Source: Bacteroidales bacterium (GTDB lineage: Bacteria > Bacteroidota > Bacteroidia > Bacteroidales > NBLH01). Taken from it: DNA of 64,000 bases. The notes below the pieces were generated by a model. It was not told the origin of the DNA, did no database searches, and saw only the letters and a program-made list of their open reading frames with translations. This document shows, piece after piece, positions 47,600 to 57,162 of this stretch. The first letter of the stretch is position 1; each line of letters opens with the position of its first letter. Both the position numbers and the translations under genes were made by a program. Location of the stretch: positions 1,430 to 65,429 of the forward strand of contig JBNKJW010000052.1 in assembly GCA_050291445.1 (NCBI GenBank), written 5' to 3'.

Positions 47600-49933
47600 A
47601 TGTTTCAAAAATTCAGAACCAGCAAAAATCAATTACTCATAGCAACTGTGTTTGTTGTTGGTATATTAGTACTGGCAACCTATGCTGATATTGTGCTTAA
47701 AAAAAACAGGCTGAAAAATATTGAACTACAGCTTTTTCAGATTGGTAAAGATTATGAATTTGACATTAGTAAAGAATTAGAGAAATACAGTTCGCTGGCT
47801 GAATTAATTTCAGTTTCTTTTTCAAACCAGGTTGAAAACAATGGCTTTGTTTTGAACAGCAAAAAAAACTTGTTAAATATTTTATCAAACAATAAAAGGA
47901 TTAGTGCAATAAGTCTTGTTTTAAAAACTAAGCTCAAAAAACAAGAGGGCAATTTTTTATTTAACACGGATAGTTCCTTAATTGAGCAAATTAACCTGGT
48001 TAAAATTAACAAAGGCGATATAACTGAAACATACGGTGATGACCAGCAAATAGATTTATCGCTAAAGGCAGAAATAGAAAAAGTTGTTGTTAAGGAACAA
48101 ACCAAGGTTTTAAGCCCTCATGTAAAAAGAATCGGAAATGATGATAAAATAGTTATACCTGTTGTATCGTCAATTTTTGAAGGAAAAAGATATGTTGGTT
48201 ATTTAATTTTTTATGTGAAACTCGACTGGGATACCCAAATTGATACTGCTAAAGACCTTGAATACAAAGCATATGTATCAACTGGCAATGGAAAGTTAAT
48301 GTCGATAAAAGACAACGAACTTTTTCTTTCGGAAAATATAAAAAAGGTATGTTTTACGTGTCCTGATCTTTTAAATGAAACAGGATCATTTTACAATTCT
48401 TCGTTAGAGAATGGCATTATAACTATTTGTTTATCAGCAAATTTACACAGTTCTATAAATCAATGGGGCATTTGCCTTCGAAGTAATTACGGTATTGGAG
48501 ACAGCTGGTATGGGCAAAGGGTTTTAATTTGGGTAATAAGTGGATTGTTGCTATTAGCATGCCTGTTTGTTTTGATTTATTTTAACAGTAAATCTGAAAA
48601 ACCCTGGTCCAGCGCAAAACAAATGATAAGTAATTTAAGCCAGGGGAGTTTTAGCGAAGATGATTATAAAGAAATAAAGGACGAAAACTTTATTGAGATA
48701 AAAAATATACTCGCTAATTTAAATGAATCATTAAATAAGCTTTCAGAATTTAATAAACTGGCTATTTCTGGTAATTTCGATAAGCAAAATAATATTATAA
48801 ATTTCAAACACGCCATAGCAAGTAGCTCTCTTTCGATGTACCAGCATCTTGAAAAAACAAATAAACAATTAACTGAAACGGGTGTCGAAACAGAGCAAAT
48901 TAAAACATTTACTAGTAACCTTGAGGAAATTTCTAAAGTTTTAAAATTGCACCACAAAGATGTTTTTGCCCTTTCGGAACAGGTCATTAAATCGATTGTT
49001 GATTTAATGGATATTGCTATGGGAGCAGTTTTTTTAGCCAAACAAAAAAAGGATGAAACAGTGCTTGAATTAGTAACAAGCTATGCTTACCACGAAAATA
49101 AATATCAGAAAAAAGAATTTAAGCTTGGAGAATCGTTGGTTGGGGCATGTGCTGCAGAAAAAAGGACTGTTCATCTTAAAAAAATACCTAATGATTATTT
49201 AAAAATATTATCTGGATTAGGGGAAGCCTCGCCCAGCAACCTGCTAATTATTCCGCTAATATTTGAAGATGAAGTTTTGGGTGTTATTGAGCTGGGTTCG
49301 CTTAACGAATTTGATGAAAAGTTAATCCATTTTGCAGAAAGTGCTTCATTAAATATTGCCAGCACACTTTCGCTTGCTCAGAATAATATCAGAAACTCAG
49401 AACTTTTAGAACAAACCAGAAAACAGACTAAGGAGCTTGAAGAACAAGAACGAAAAATGAAAGAAGCCCTTGCTGAGCTTAAAAAACTGCAAGCTAAAAC
49501 TGCACAAAGCGAAGCTGCTGTAAGATCGAAACTTGAGGCGATGAACAACACTCTTTTGATAGTTGAATATACCACTGAAGGTGTTTTGCTGGATGCTAAT
49601 TATAAGTTCTTAAACACCATGCATTATTCACTTGATGAAATTAAAGGAAATAATGTAATTGAACTTTTAAAAGAAAAAGACCGCGAAGAGTTGCTAAAAG
49701 TAATCAACATGGTAAAAAGTGGCAATTTTTACGAATCATTGATGCGCCGCCACACCAAAGAGGGTACTGAAAAGTGGTTCATGGCAAGTTATTCACCAGT
49801 ATTTAATGATGAAGGAAGTGTGCAGAATATTTTATTTTTTGGAATTGATATTACCAAAATAAAAGTAGCTGAAGAAAAGCTGAGTGCCAAAATAAAGGAA
49901 ATGACTGAGGAAATAGAAAAGCTTAAGAAATAA
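47600..49933 (+). CDS. paralogous transmembrane sensor protein: Cache-like periplasmic domain, HAMP, GAF, coiled coil, PAS; no recognisable output domain
   Basis: Same layout 20 nt downstream: TM1 LLIATVFVVGILVLATYA, TM2 VLIWVISGLLLLACLFVLIYF, GAF (..LLIIPLIFEDEVLGVIELGSL), coiled coil ELLEQTRKQTKELEEQERKMKEALAELKK, and PAS (MNNTLLIVEYTTEGVLLDANYKFL...). It ends in a short K/E helix. Confidence 0.8.
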   Translation: MFQKFRTSKNQLLIATVFVVGILVLATYADIVLKKNRLKNIELQLFQIGKDYEFDISKELEKYSSLAELISVSFSNQVENNGFVLNSKKNLLNILSNNKRISAISLVLKTKLKKQEGNFLFNTDSSLIEQINLVKINKGDITETYGDDQQIDLSLKAEIEKVVVKEQTKVLSPHVKRIGNDDKIVIPVVSSIFEGKRYVGYLIFYVKLDWDTQIDTAKDLEYKAYVSTGNGKLMSIKDNELFLSENIKKVCFTCPDLLNETGSFYNSSLENGIITICLSANLHSSINQWGICLRSNYGIGDSWYGQRVLIWVISGLLLLACLFVLIYFNSKSEKPWSSAKQMISNLSQGSFSEDDYKEIKDENFIEIKNILANLNESLNKLSEFNKLAISGNFDKQNNIINFKHAIASSSLSMYQHLEKTNKQLTETGVETEQIKTFTSNLEEISKVLKLHHKDVFALSEQVIKSIVDLMDIAMGAVFLAKQKKDETVLELVTSYAYHENKYQKKEFKLGESLVGACAAEKRTVHLKKIPNDYLKILSGLGEASPSNLLIIPLIFEDEVLGVIELGSLNEFDEKLIHFAESASLNIASTLSLAQNNIRNSELLEQTRKQTKELEEQERKMKEALAELKKLQAKTAQSEAAVRSKLEAMNNTLLIVEYTTEGVLLDANYKFLNTMHYSLDEIKGNNVIELLKEKDREELLKVINMVKSGNFYESLMRRHTKEGTEKWFMASYSPVFNDEGSVQNILFFGIDITKIKVAEEKLSAKIKEMTEEIEKLKK

Positions 49934-49997
49934 ACAAAAAAATACAGACAACAATTTACTAATCAGCAACTTAACACGAAACAGCATTAAAAAGGGA

Positions 49998-51428
49998 CTA
50001 GAAATAAAGATCCCGTTCTCCATCTTTAACTTTAGCCAATCTTTCCAAAAGTTTTGTTTTTATTTTGTCGTCATCCATTTCGTCCAGATTCTTTTCAATC
50101 ACCTTATTACCTTTGTTTTTCACTTCGTCAGTAGCATAATCTTCTATATACTCAGCAAGAGTCAACAAAGCATTTGGAGTGCAGTATTTTTTTATAAATC
50201 CGGGTACAGAAAATTCCATAAAATGTTCACCTGTGCGACCCGTGCGATAGCAAGCTGTGCAAAATGAAGGGATGTAATCTTTTTCAAGCAGTTCATCAAT
50301 TACTTCACTTAAAGAACGATTATCATTAATCTTAAACTGCTCTTTATCCAAATCCTGATCCTCGCCATTTTTCTTAGAATAAGTGCCCATTTCAATTTTT
50401 GTTCCTCCATCGATCTGAGATACGCCAAAACTCATTATCTCCTGACGGATTTCCATTGGTTCTCTGGCTGTTAAAATTAACCCGGTATAAGGCACTGCCA
50501 ACCTAAGAATGGCAACCAAACGTGTAAAATCATCATCAGACACGCGGTATTTATCAACAATATCATATTCCGAAGCATCTTTAATCCTAGGAAAGGAAAT
50601 AGTATGAGGCCCAACATTGTAGCAGGCTTCAAAATGGTTTACATGACGAATTAATGCCATTAACTCAAAACGCCAGTCGTATAATCCAAACAAAGCTCCA
50701 ATTCCAACATCATCAATTCCGGCTTCCTGTGCCCTATCCAGCCCTGTTAAACGATAATCGTAATCGGCCTTTTTCCCTGCAAGGTGAACACTTTTGTAAG
50801 TTTCTCTATGATATGTTTCCTGAAATATCTGATAAGTGCCAATTCCGGCCTCATGTACAATTTTATAATCTTCAACCTCCATTGGGGCTGCATTGATGTT
50901 TACCCTGCGTATTTCTCCATTTCCTCTTTTCACCTGGTAAACCGTCCTGACAGAATCGGCAATGAACTCAGCATTGTATTTTGGGTGTTCTCCATAAACC
51001 AGGATCAACCTTTTTTGCCCGTTTTCTTCAAGCGCTTCAACCTCATGTATTAATTCTTTTTCCGACAAGGTAGTACGAACCTGTTTTCGGTTAGTTGTTC
51101 TAAAACCACAATATTTACAATTATTTGTACAATAATTACCCACATACAAAGGCGCAAACAATACTATTCTTTTCCCATACACCTTTTCTTTTAATTCCTG
51201 TGCACCTTTTTTAATTTCTTCAACAAGTTCAGGATCGGTAGCTTTAATTAATACAGCAGTTTCTTCAAGTGATAACCTGTTTTTATTTAACGACTTTTGA
51301 ATTACCTCACGTACCTTTTCTTTTGTTGGAGTAGTAGTTTTGTTTATGAAGTCCCAAATCTCGTTTTCATCAATAAAAGGCTTCATCCTTTCATCTGGAA
51401 TGGCGTAATTTTGTGGATTATAAATCAT
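49998..51428 (-). CDS. hydG: [FeFe]-hydrogenase H-cluster radical-SAM maturase HydG
   Basis: Radical-SAM CTNNCKYC (Cx3Cx2C) and the C-terminal auxiliary-cluster motif CTAC-(22 aa)-C (FCTACYRTGRTGEHFMEFSVPGFIKKYC). 476 aa. Confidence 0.9.
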   Translation of the reverse strand: MIYNPQNYAIPDERMKPFIDENEIWDFINKTTTPTKEKVREVIQKSLNKNRLSLEETAVLIKATDPELVEEIKKGAQELKEKVYGKRIVLFAPLYVGNYCTNNCKYCGFRTTNRKQVRTTLSEKELIHEVEALEENGQKRLILVYGEHPKYNAEFIADSVRTVYQVKRGNGEIRRVNINAAPMEVEDYKIVHEAGIGTYQIFQETYHRETYKSVHLAGKKADYDYRLTGLDRAQEAGIDDVGIGALFGLYDWRFELMALIRHVNHFEACYNVGPHTISFPRIKDASEYDIVDKYRVSDDDFTRLVAILRLAVPYTGLILTAREPMEIRQEIMSFGVSQIDGGTKIEMGTYSKKNGEDQDLDKEQFKINDNRSLSEVIDELLEKDYIPSFCTACYRTGRTGEHFMEFSVPGFIKKYCTPNALLTLAEYIEDYATDEVKNKGNKVIEKNLDEMDDDKIKTKLLERLAKVKDGERDLYF

Positions 51429-51668
51429 TGCGTTTTAGTTTAACAAATCTTTCTTGCAAAGTTAACGCTATTTTTTCTGTAAATAGAATTTATTAGCATA
51501 TTTTAAGATTTTAATAGCTTAATTTGCTTTTTATTTCAATGGCTATAAAACACTGATAGTCAACACATTAAAATCATTTCAATTCTACAAGAAATAAAAT
51601 CTGTGATAAAAATCATAAACGAAATTGACAATTTTTACAACTATTAGGATGGTTGTTGCGGCCATTTG

Positions 51669-53591
51669 TTATTCAAATTTCAACCGCATTAATTCAATGC
51701 TTTCTTTTGAGCCCAGTAAAGTAATCACATCACCCAGGCGCAAGCGAGTATAGCCATGAGATATTACTGTATTACCACCACGGTTTACTGACAGCACCAG
51801 TACATCAGAAGCAAGGCGCAAATCGCGTAAAGCCTGCCCTGCAATATCCGGGTTAACAACCTCAATATCAACCGTATCCTGCTCTCGTTCAATACCCAGC
51901 AAAATAGAGGTTGCAATAGGGGAACGGACAAAATGGAACAATAAGTTTACAATTGAAGTCCTGGGATCAACAATAAGCACACCTAAGTCATGGAATTTTT
52001 TAAAATTACGGTGATCATTCAAACGAACAATAATATCTTTTGTTCCAAAGTGTTCAAAGGCGATTTGGCAAATTTTATAATTTTCATCATCGTTTTGCAT
52101 ACCGATAATTGCTTCGGCCTTTTCAGCTTCAAGTTGATGAAAGGTGTCAACAGAATAGGTATCAACTTTAACAATATTGTATTTGGGATAATCAGATGGA
52201 AATATTTGAGGGTTCAAGGTAACAACTTTTACCAGCCAGTTATTTTCCTGAAGCAATTTTGCCAATGACAACGACTGGCTTTCAAAACCAAAAATAATAG
52301 CATCATGTACTCCGTCAAACCCGGGTTGTGGTGCTTTATCATGATTTTCCTTTACCTTGTATATTGACCATTTAAACAATGGAGGCCCAACCATTTGGTT
52401 AAGAACAATTACTGCAACTAAAATTGTTTCAAATTCGGCTCCCCAGGTTGGGTATTCGCCCGCAACAACAGTCACCAAACCAAGCCCTACGCCAGCCTGC
52501 GTAACAAAAGGCATCCAACCAATTTGCCGAAATAAAACAGGCTCTCCTGCAGCCCAACCACCAAAAAAAGAACCAAGTACCATTGTAATCAACCTAATGG
52601 CAAAAAATACCAGCGCCAAAAACCAGTAATTTGCCAAAATATCCAAAGAAATTGTAGCCCCCGTTAAGGTGAAGAAAGCAATGTATACATAAATCCCGGT
52701 TTCATCAATCAACTTCAGGAACTCTTGCCTGTTACGACTATAATTTATCACATAAAAACTAGCAATAATATTAATTAACAGTGGCTCTAAATAGATTTCG
52801 TGGGATATGAACAAATAGCTGTATTCCTTTACCTGATGAGCAAAACCATATATACCCCAGCCAATTAATAAAATTAACAAAGTTTTGCTCCATTGGTTTA
52901 ACCTAAAAGACAGCACCAATGAGATACATTTACCAATCAACCATCCAATCAGCAAAGCACCAACTAACTCAAATAACAAAATTATAACAGCAAATACTTC
53001 AAAATCGACATTATTGATTAGCATTCCGGCAACCGCAAAGCAGAATGTAAACAAAATGATGACTAATACATCTTTTACAACAGTTACTCCAATAGCTGTT
53101 TTTGTATATGGTCCTTTAGCCCTTAGTTCATTAATAATAGCAATGGCGGAAGCCGGTGATCGGGCAACAAAAATTGTTGCAATCAACATTGCAATAGCAA
53201 GCTGACTGGCAGGATCTAAATCCTGCATAAAATGGATGTAATTTGACAGGTAAAAAATAAGCAGGCTACTTACTAAAAAGGTCACAACAAGCTGACCAAA
53301 CGTCATCCAGACAATACTTTTCAATCGGCTTCTCATATCCCTTAGGTAAAGCTCCGATCCTGCAGCAAAAGCGATAAAAGCTAAGGAGATATTATTGATG
53401 AAGTGTAAATCGTGTATTGAATTTTTGGGAATTAACCCAGCCAGATAGGGGCCTGCTAAAATGCCCACAACCAGAAATCCTGTAATTAAAGGCAGCTTAA
53501 TTTTCTGGAATATTTTGGCAATGGTTCCTGAAGCTGTTGTGACTATCACAAAGCCGATAAATATTAAAACAAAATTGCCCAGGTTATCCAT
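51669..53591 (-). CDS. cation:proton antiporter (CPA-type) with C-terminal TrkA-N/TrkA-C regulatory domains
   Basis: About 12 TM helices over 400 aa, then a Rossmann-like segment (DAIIFGFESQSLSLAKLL) and an RCK_C end (GQALRDLRLASDVLVLSVNRGG...GDVITLLG). Confidence 0.85.
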   Translation of the reverse strand: MDNLGNFVLIFIGFVIVTTASGTIAKIFQKIKLPLITGFLVVGILAGPYLAGLIPKNSIHDLHFINNISLAFIAFAAGSELYLRDMRSRLKSIVWMTFGQLVVTFLVSSLLIFYLSNYIHFMQDLDPASQLAIAMLIATIFVARSPASAIAIINELRAKGPYTKTAIGVTVVKDVLVIILFTFCFAVAGMLINNVDFEVFAVIILLFELVGALLIGWLIGKCISLVLSFRLNQWSKTLLILLIGWGIYGFAHQVKEYSYLFISHEIYLEPLLINIIASFYVINYSRNRQEFLKLIDETGIYVYIAFFTLTGATISLDILANYWFLALVFFAIRLITMVLGSFFGGWAAGEPVLFRQIGWMPFVTQAGVGLGLVTVVAGEYPTWGAEFETILVAVIVLNQMVGPPLFKWSIYKVKENHDKAPQPGFDGVHDAIIFGFESQSLSLAKLLQENNWLVKVVTLNPQIFPSDYPKYNIVKVDTYSVDTFHQLEAEKAEAIIGMQNDDENYKICQIAFEHFGTKDIIVRLNDHRNFKKFHDLGVLIVDPRTSIVNLLFHFVRSPIATSILLGIEREQDTVDIEVVNPDIAGQALRDLRLASDVLVLSVNRGGNTVISHGYTRLRLGDVITLLGSKESIELMRLKFE

Positions 53592-53683
53592 ATCGACTTT
53601 TAGAAAGTAATACCTAAATATATAAATTTATGCATACTTTACAAAATAGATTGAGATTTGAAATACTACTGGAGCGCTTGGTA

Positions 53684-54889
53684 TTACTTCAACCGCTCCA
53701 GGGCGTGTTTTATTCTTTCAAAAGCCAGGCTAATTTTTTCGCGCGAAATGGCATATGAAAACCGGATGCATGATGGATCGCCAAACGCAGTTCCCGGAAC
53801 TACAGCCACATTGGCCTCGTTTAAGAGGTAAAGAGCAAGGTCTGAGGCATTTTTTGCCATAATGTACCCGTCTGATTTACCAAAAAACTCTGAGATATCA
53901 GGAAAAACGTAAAAAGCACCTTGCGGAATATTGGTCCGTATTCCATGAATATCTGAAATCAGATCTATGATTAAATCCCTTCTGCGCTTAAAAGCAGCAT
54001 TCATACCTAGTGTGTAAATATTATCTTCGGACGAAATGGCCTCTAAAGCTGCCATTTGCGAAATAGAAGAAGCACCTGAGGTATATTGACCTTGCAACTT
54101 CACACACAAATCTGCAACCCACTGAGGAGCAGCCATATAACCCACCCTCCAGCCAGTCATCGCATAACCTTTTGATACACCGTTAATTACAATCACCCTA
54201 TCTTTAAGGCATTCAAATTGAGCAATGCTTTCGTGAGCCCCGATAAAATTGATATGCTCATAAATTTCATCAGAAATAACCATTATTTTCTCATGCTCGG
54301 AGATAACCCCAGCAATTTCCCTTAGTTCCTCTTTTGAATAAACACTTCCTGCTGGATTTGATGGGCTACTAAAGATAAAAAGCCTTGTTTTATCAGTAAT
54401 TGCTTCGCGAATTTGCTGGGGGCTAACTTTGTAGTTATCTTCAACATCCGTTTTTATAAATACGTTTTTCCCATCCGCAAGGTTAATTATTTCGCCATAG
54501 CTCACCCAATAAGGAACAGGAACCAGTATTTCATCGCCAGCACTAATTATGGACAGGATAACGTTTGCAATTGCCTGTTTTGCACCATTGGAAACAACAA
54601 TTTGCGAAGGACTAAAATCCAGTCCGTTCTCCTTATGGAATTTATGAACAATAGCCTCCCTTAACTCTTTAAACCCAGCTACGGGCGAATAAAAAGTTAT
54701 GTCATTATCAAGGGCTCTTTTGGCAGCTTCTTTTATATGTGCAGGAGTTTTAAAATCGGGCTGGCCAATACTCAAATCAATAATATCAGCACCTTTTTCT
54801 CTAAGCTCTCTGCTTCGCTTAGCCATTTCAAGGGTTTGCGAAACAGAAATCCGATTAAGCCTATCGGATACTTTCTCTACTTTTCCCAT
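53684..54889 (-). CDS. pyridoxal-phosphate-dependent aminotransferase, class I (aspartate-aminotransferase-like)
   Basis: SNPAGSVY, PLP-lysine context NGVSKGYAMTGWRVGY, and C-terminal IRFSYA. Confidence 0.9.
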   Translation of the reverse strand: MGKVEKVSDRLNRISVSQTLEMAKRSRELREKGADIIDLSIGQPDFKTPAHIKEAAKRALDNDITFYSPVAGFKELREAIVHKFHKENGLDFSPSQIVVSNGAKQAIANVILSIISAGDEILVPVPYWVSYGEIINLADGKNVFIKTDVEDNYKVSPQQIREAITDKTRLFIFSSPSNPAGSVYSKEELREIAGVISEHEKIMVISDEIYEHINFIGAHESIAQFECLKDRVIVINGVSKGYAMTGWRVGYMAAPQWVADLCVKLQGQYTSGASSISQMAALEAISSEDNIYTLGMNAAFKRRRDLIIDLISDIHGIRTNIPQGAFYVFPDISEFFGKSDGYIMAKNASDLALYLLNEANVAVVPGTAFGDPSCIRFSYAISREKISLAFERIKHALERLK

Positions 54890-55198
54890 AAATCACGATT
54901 TAGATATGATCCCGACGCTTCGAGATGAGTACACAGCTATTAGAATTAATAACGTATTTAGTAATTCAATAAAAACACCTGTACAATTATCTTATTCAAC
55001 TAAACAAAGGATAAATTATGCATTATTCCTTTATTCAAAGTAAGCACTTTAAGTTGAAATCTTAAAATTTAAGCACCTGTTTTTTGTCATAGTTTGGTAA
55101 AATGTAAAGAGCTATATACAAGCACTTTATAGTACAACAAATAAACAACATGCCGATATATCTGCTCGAACAAGCTAAAGATAAAAAAATGGTTTAAC

Positions 55199-55493
55199 TA
55201 GGATTTGCTGAAAAACGCTTACACTTCTAATATCTAGCGCCTTACATGATTTTTCAGAGTTTAACGTGCAAGGTTTTTGGTAAAACATCTTATTTTTCTC
55301 TGCACTTACATTTTATGACCTAATAAAATCTCGTCAGAAACTTTGGCTAGCCAGAGGCACATCATCTACTTCATTAGCTTCAGCTCTAAGTATTCTTATA
55401 CATCTTCGCTTTGCTAAGTTTTCTCCCTTTGGTCGAAGATATCGCTTCGCTAAGTTGTAGCTAATGTACCTCTGACTTTTTCAGCAGGCCCTA
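55199..55493. repeat. about 295-bp segment bounded by imperfect inverted repeats, with internal long hairpin
   Basis: Left end TAGGATTTGCTGAAAAA (55199-55215) against the reverse complement of the right end, TAGGGCCTGCTGAAAAA (55477-55493). Internal pairing: CAGAGGCAC/GTACCTCTG and ATTAGCT/AGCTAAT (55352-55474), enclosing ATCTTCG...CGAAGAT. Confidence 0.35.
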
Positions 55494-55722
55494 ATTAAGG
55501 TTGTCGTTTAAATATCAGTTTGTTTACCTGAAACCATGGAGAAATATCTGAATAATTTAATTACAAAATACAGAATGGAAGGCTGTTAGATGTTTAACGA
55601 AAATACTTCCTCCAACAATAATGTTATTACACGTAGATATAGTTGCAAAATATCAAATATGAATTAAGGGGTAAGGAAAAAATGCGGTACTTTGTTTATA
55701 TATTAATTAAAACTTAAAAAGC

Positions 55723-56721
55723 ATGAAGAAAATACTACCTATTTTTGTTTTAGCAGTCTTTTTGTTCGGTTGTGAAACTGAAAATTATCAAACTCCACCA
55801 AAAATGGATTCTGATGCTGCAATTAGCCAAAAAACATTGAAAACTGGTGAAACACCAGAAACTCCCGAATTTTGTAATCCTGATGTAATCTATAACTTTA
55901 GTACAGAAGTTGGTCTTGCCGGAGCAAAATTATCAGTAAATGATGATGGAACTAATCTATATGTTACTTTTGAAGCCGAAACTGACTGGTATTTAATTAA
56001 AACAGGATTGTATGTTGGTGATGAAGCCGGGATTCCTGCTACGGGTGGAAATCCTGAATTATTAACCTACCATAGCTCTTCCAGAACAGGTCAAGCATCG
56101 GTAAGTTATGTTATACCAATAGCTGATCTGCCAGAATGTTTTGTTTTGGCAGCAGCAGTTAAAGTTGTACAATACGATGCTGCAGGATCATGGATTAATA
56201 AGACTTATGGATACGTTACAGATGTATCTTATGGTGCAAATCTTTGGGAAGCTTATGGTGAATATTGCAAACAAGACTGTGAAGAAAACGATTGTTATGG
56301 TGAAGAAACTGCCTGGTCGTTTGGAACTACTTTTGAGTCTTTAACAGGGACTACTCGCTGGGGATGGTACAGTGTTTATACTTTAGGAGAAAGCAATTCT
56401 TATACTATTTATGCAGGTCAGCATTACGATATTGGTGATTTGAATGTTTCAGATGATGGGGTTAATTTAACGGTTGAATATCAAACTGAAGGTGGTGCTC
56501 TATTAGGACTGGCTCATTTGTATGTAGGTACAGAAGATGATTTCTTGAATTACACGAATAAAAAAGGAACACCAATACCAGGACATTTCCCATACAAAAT
56601 GGAAAGTTCACCATACACCGACAACTTTACATTTACAATTGCTTTATCAGAAGTATTAACAGAAAACGGAACTGTAATTATTGCAGCTCATGCTGAGTCT
56701 TACCTACCTTGCCAAGACTAG
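55723..56721 (+). CDS. hypothetical lipoprotein
   Basis: Signal peptide plus lipobox (FVLAVFLFGC). 332 aa, Cys-, Tyr- and Gly-rich. No family recognised. Confidence 0.6.
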   Translation: MKKILPIFVLAVFLFGCETENYQTPPKMDSDAAISQKTLKTGETPETPEFCNPDVIYNFSTEVGLAGAKLSVNDDGTNLYVTFEAETDWYLIKTGLYVGDEAGIPATGGNPELLTYHSSSRTGQASVSYVIPIADLPECFVLAAAVKVVQYDAAGSWINKTYGYVTDVSYGANLWEAYGEYCKQDCEENDCYGEETAWSFGTTFESLTGTTRWGWYSVYTLGESNSYTIYAGQHYDIGDLNVSDDGVNLTVEYQTEGGALLGLAHLYVGTEDDFLNYTNKKGTPIPGHFPYKMESSPYTDNFTFTIALSEVLTENGTVIIAAHAESYLPCQD

Positions 56722-56746
56722 CAAACAAAATTTAAGGAACAACAAA

Positions 56747-56775
56747 GGGCAGATATTAATTTGCCCTTTTTTTTT
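56747..56775 (+). terminator. Rho-independent terminator
   Basis: GGGCA (56747-56751) / TGCCC (56762-56766) followed by T9. Confidence 0.65.
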
Positions 56776-56870
56776 ATCCCCACTTATACAATGAATGTAG
56801 CCTCAATTATTTTTTAGTAAAATAGGGGTAAAACCCATATTTCTTGTCTTTAGAATAATGGTATTTTAAA

Positions 56871-57025
56871 CTAGCGCCATGTCAATACTATTTTGGCGGT
56901 ATAAAAACCGCTAAGCGGGTCTGATTATAAAATGCTAAGCATTAAAAATAAGCTAATTACATAACTTAAGAACCCGCTAAGCGGATAATTTCGACCGTTA
57001 TTTAAGATGTGACTTAACACAGTAG
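56871..57025 (-). repeat. MITE/REP-like element, A-module copy (inverted relative to 36299-36451)
   Basis: The reverse complement aligns to 36299-36451 with about 5 mismatches over the central 120 nt. The termini CTAGCGCCATGTCAA... and ...GACTTAACACAGTAG correspond to the family ends. Confidence 0.7.
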
Positions 57026-57132
57026 TGTTATGTCAAGGCAAATTTGTCAGGTGACAACACCTGACAAGTGCACCAGCCAGGTATTGTCACCTGGCTAATT
57101 GCCAGAAATATCAAATTAGACTTAATATTTAG
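57022..57132 (-). repeat. MITE/REP-like element, X-module copy with duplicated hairpin, fused to the A copy
   Basis: The reverse complement matches 43360-43440, including the perfect hairpin TTGTCAGGTG-ACAA-CACCTGACAA (57044-57067). It also carries an extra hairpin AGCCAGGT-ATTGTC-ACCTGGCT (57075-57096). It ends 31 nt before the ATG at 57163. Confidence 0.65.
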
Positions 57133-57162
57133 TACTAATTTCATTAACCATAAATCATAAAA

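Noticed and set aside
53671-53702. CTGGAGCG...CGCTCCAG hairpin spanning the aminotransferase stop codon, as a terminator
   Set aside because: On the minus strand the stem is not followed by a proper T-run, and half of it lies inside the CDS.
54699-55043. 114-aa plus-strand ORF spanning the aminotransferase start
   Set aside because: It is mostly antisense to the aminotransferase N-terminus and continues into AT-rich intergenic DNA, with no motifs.
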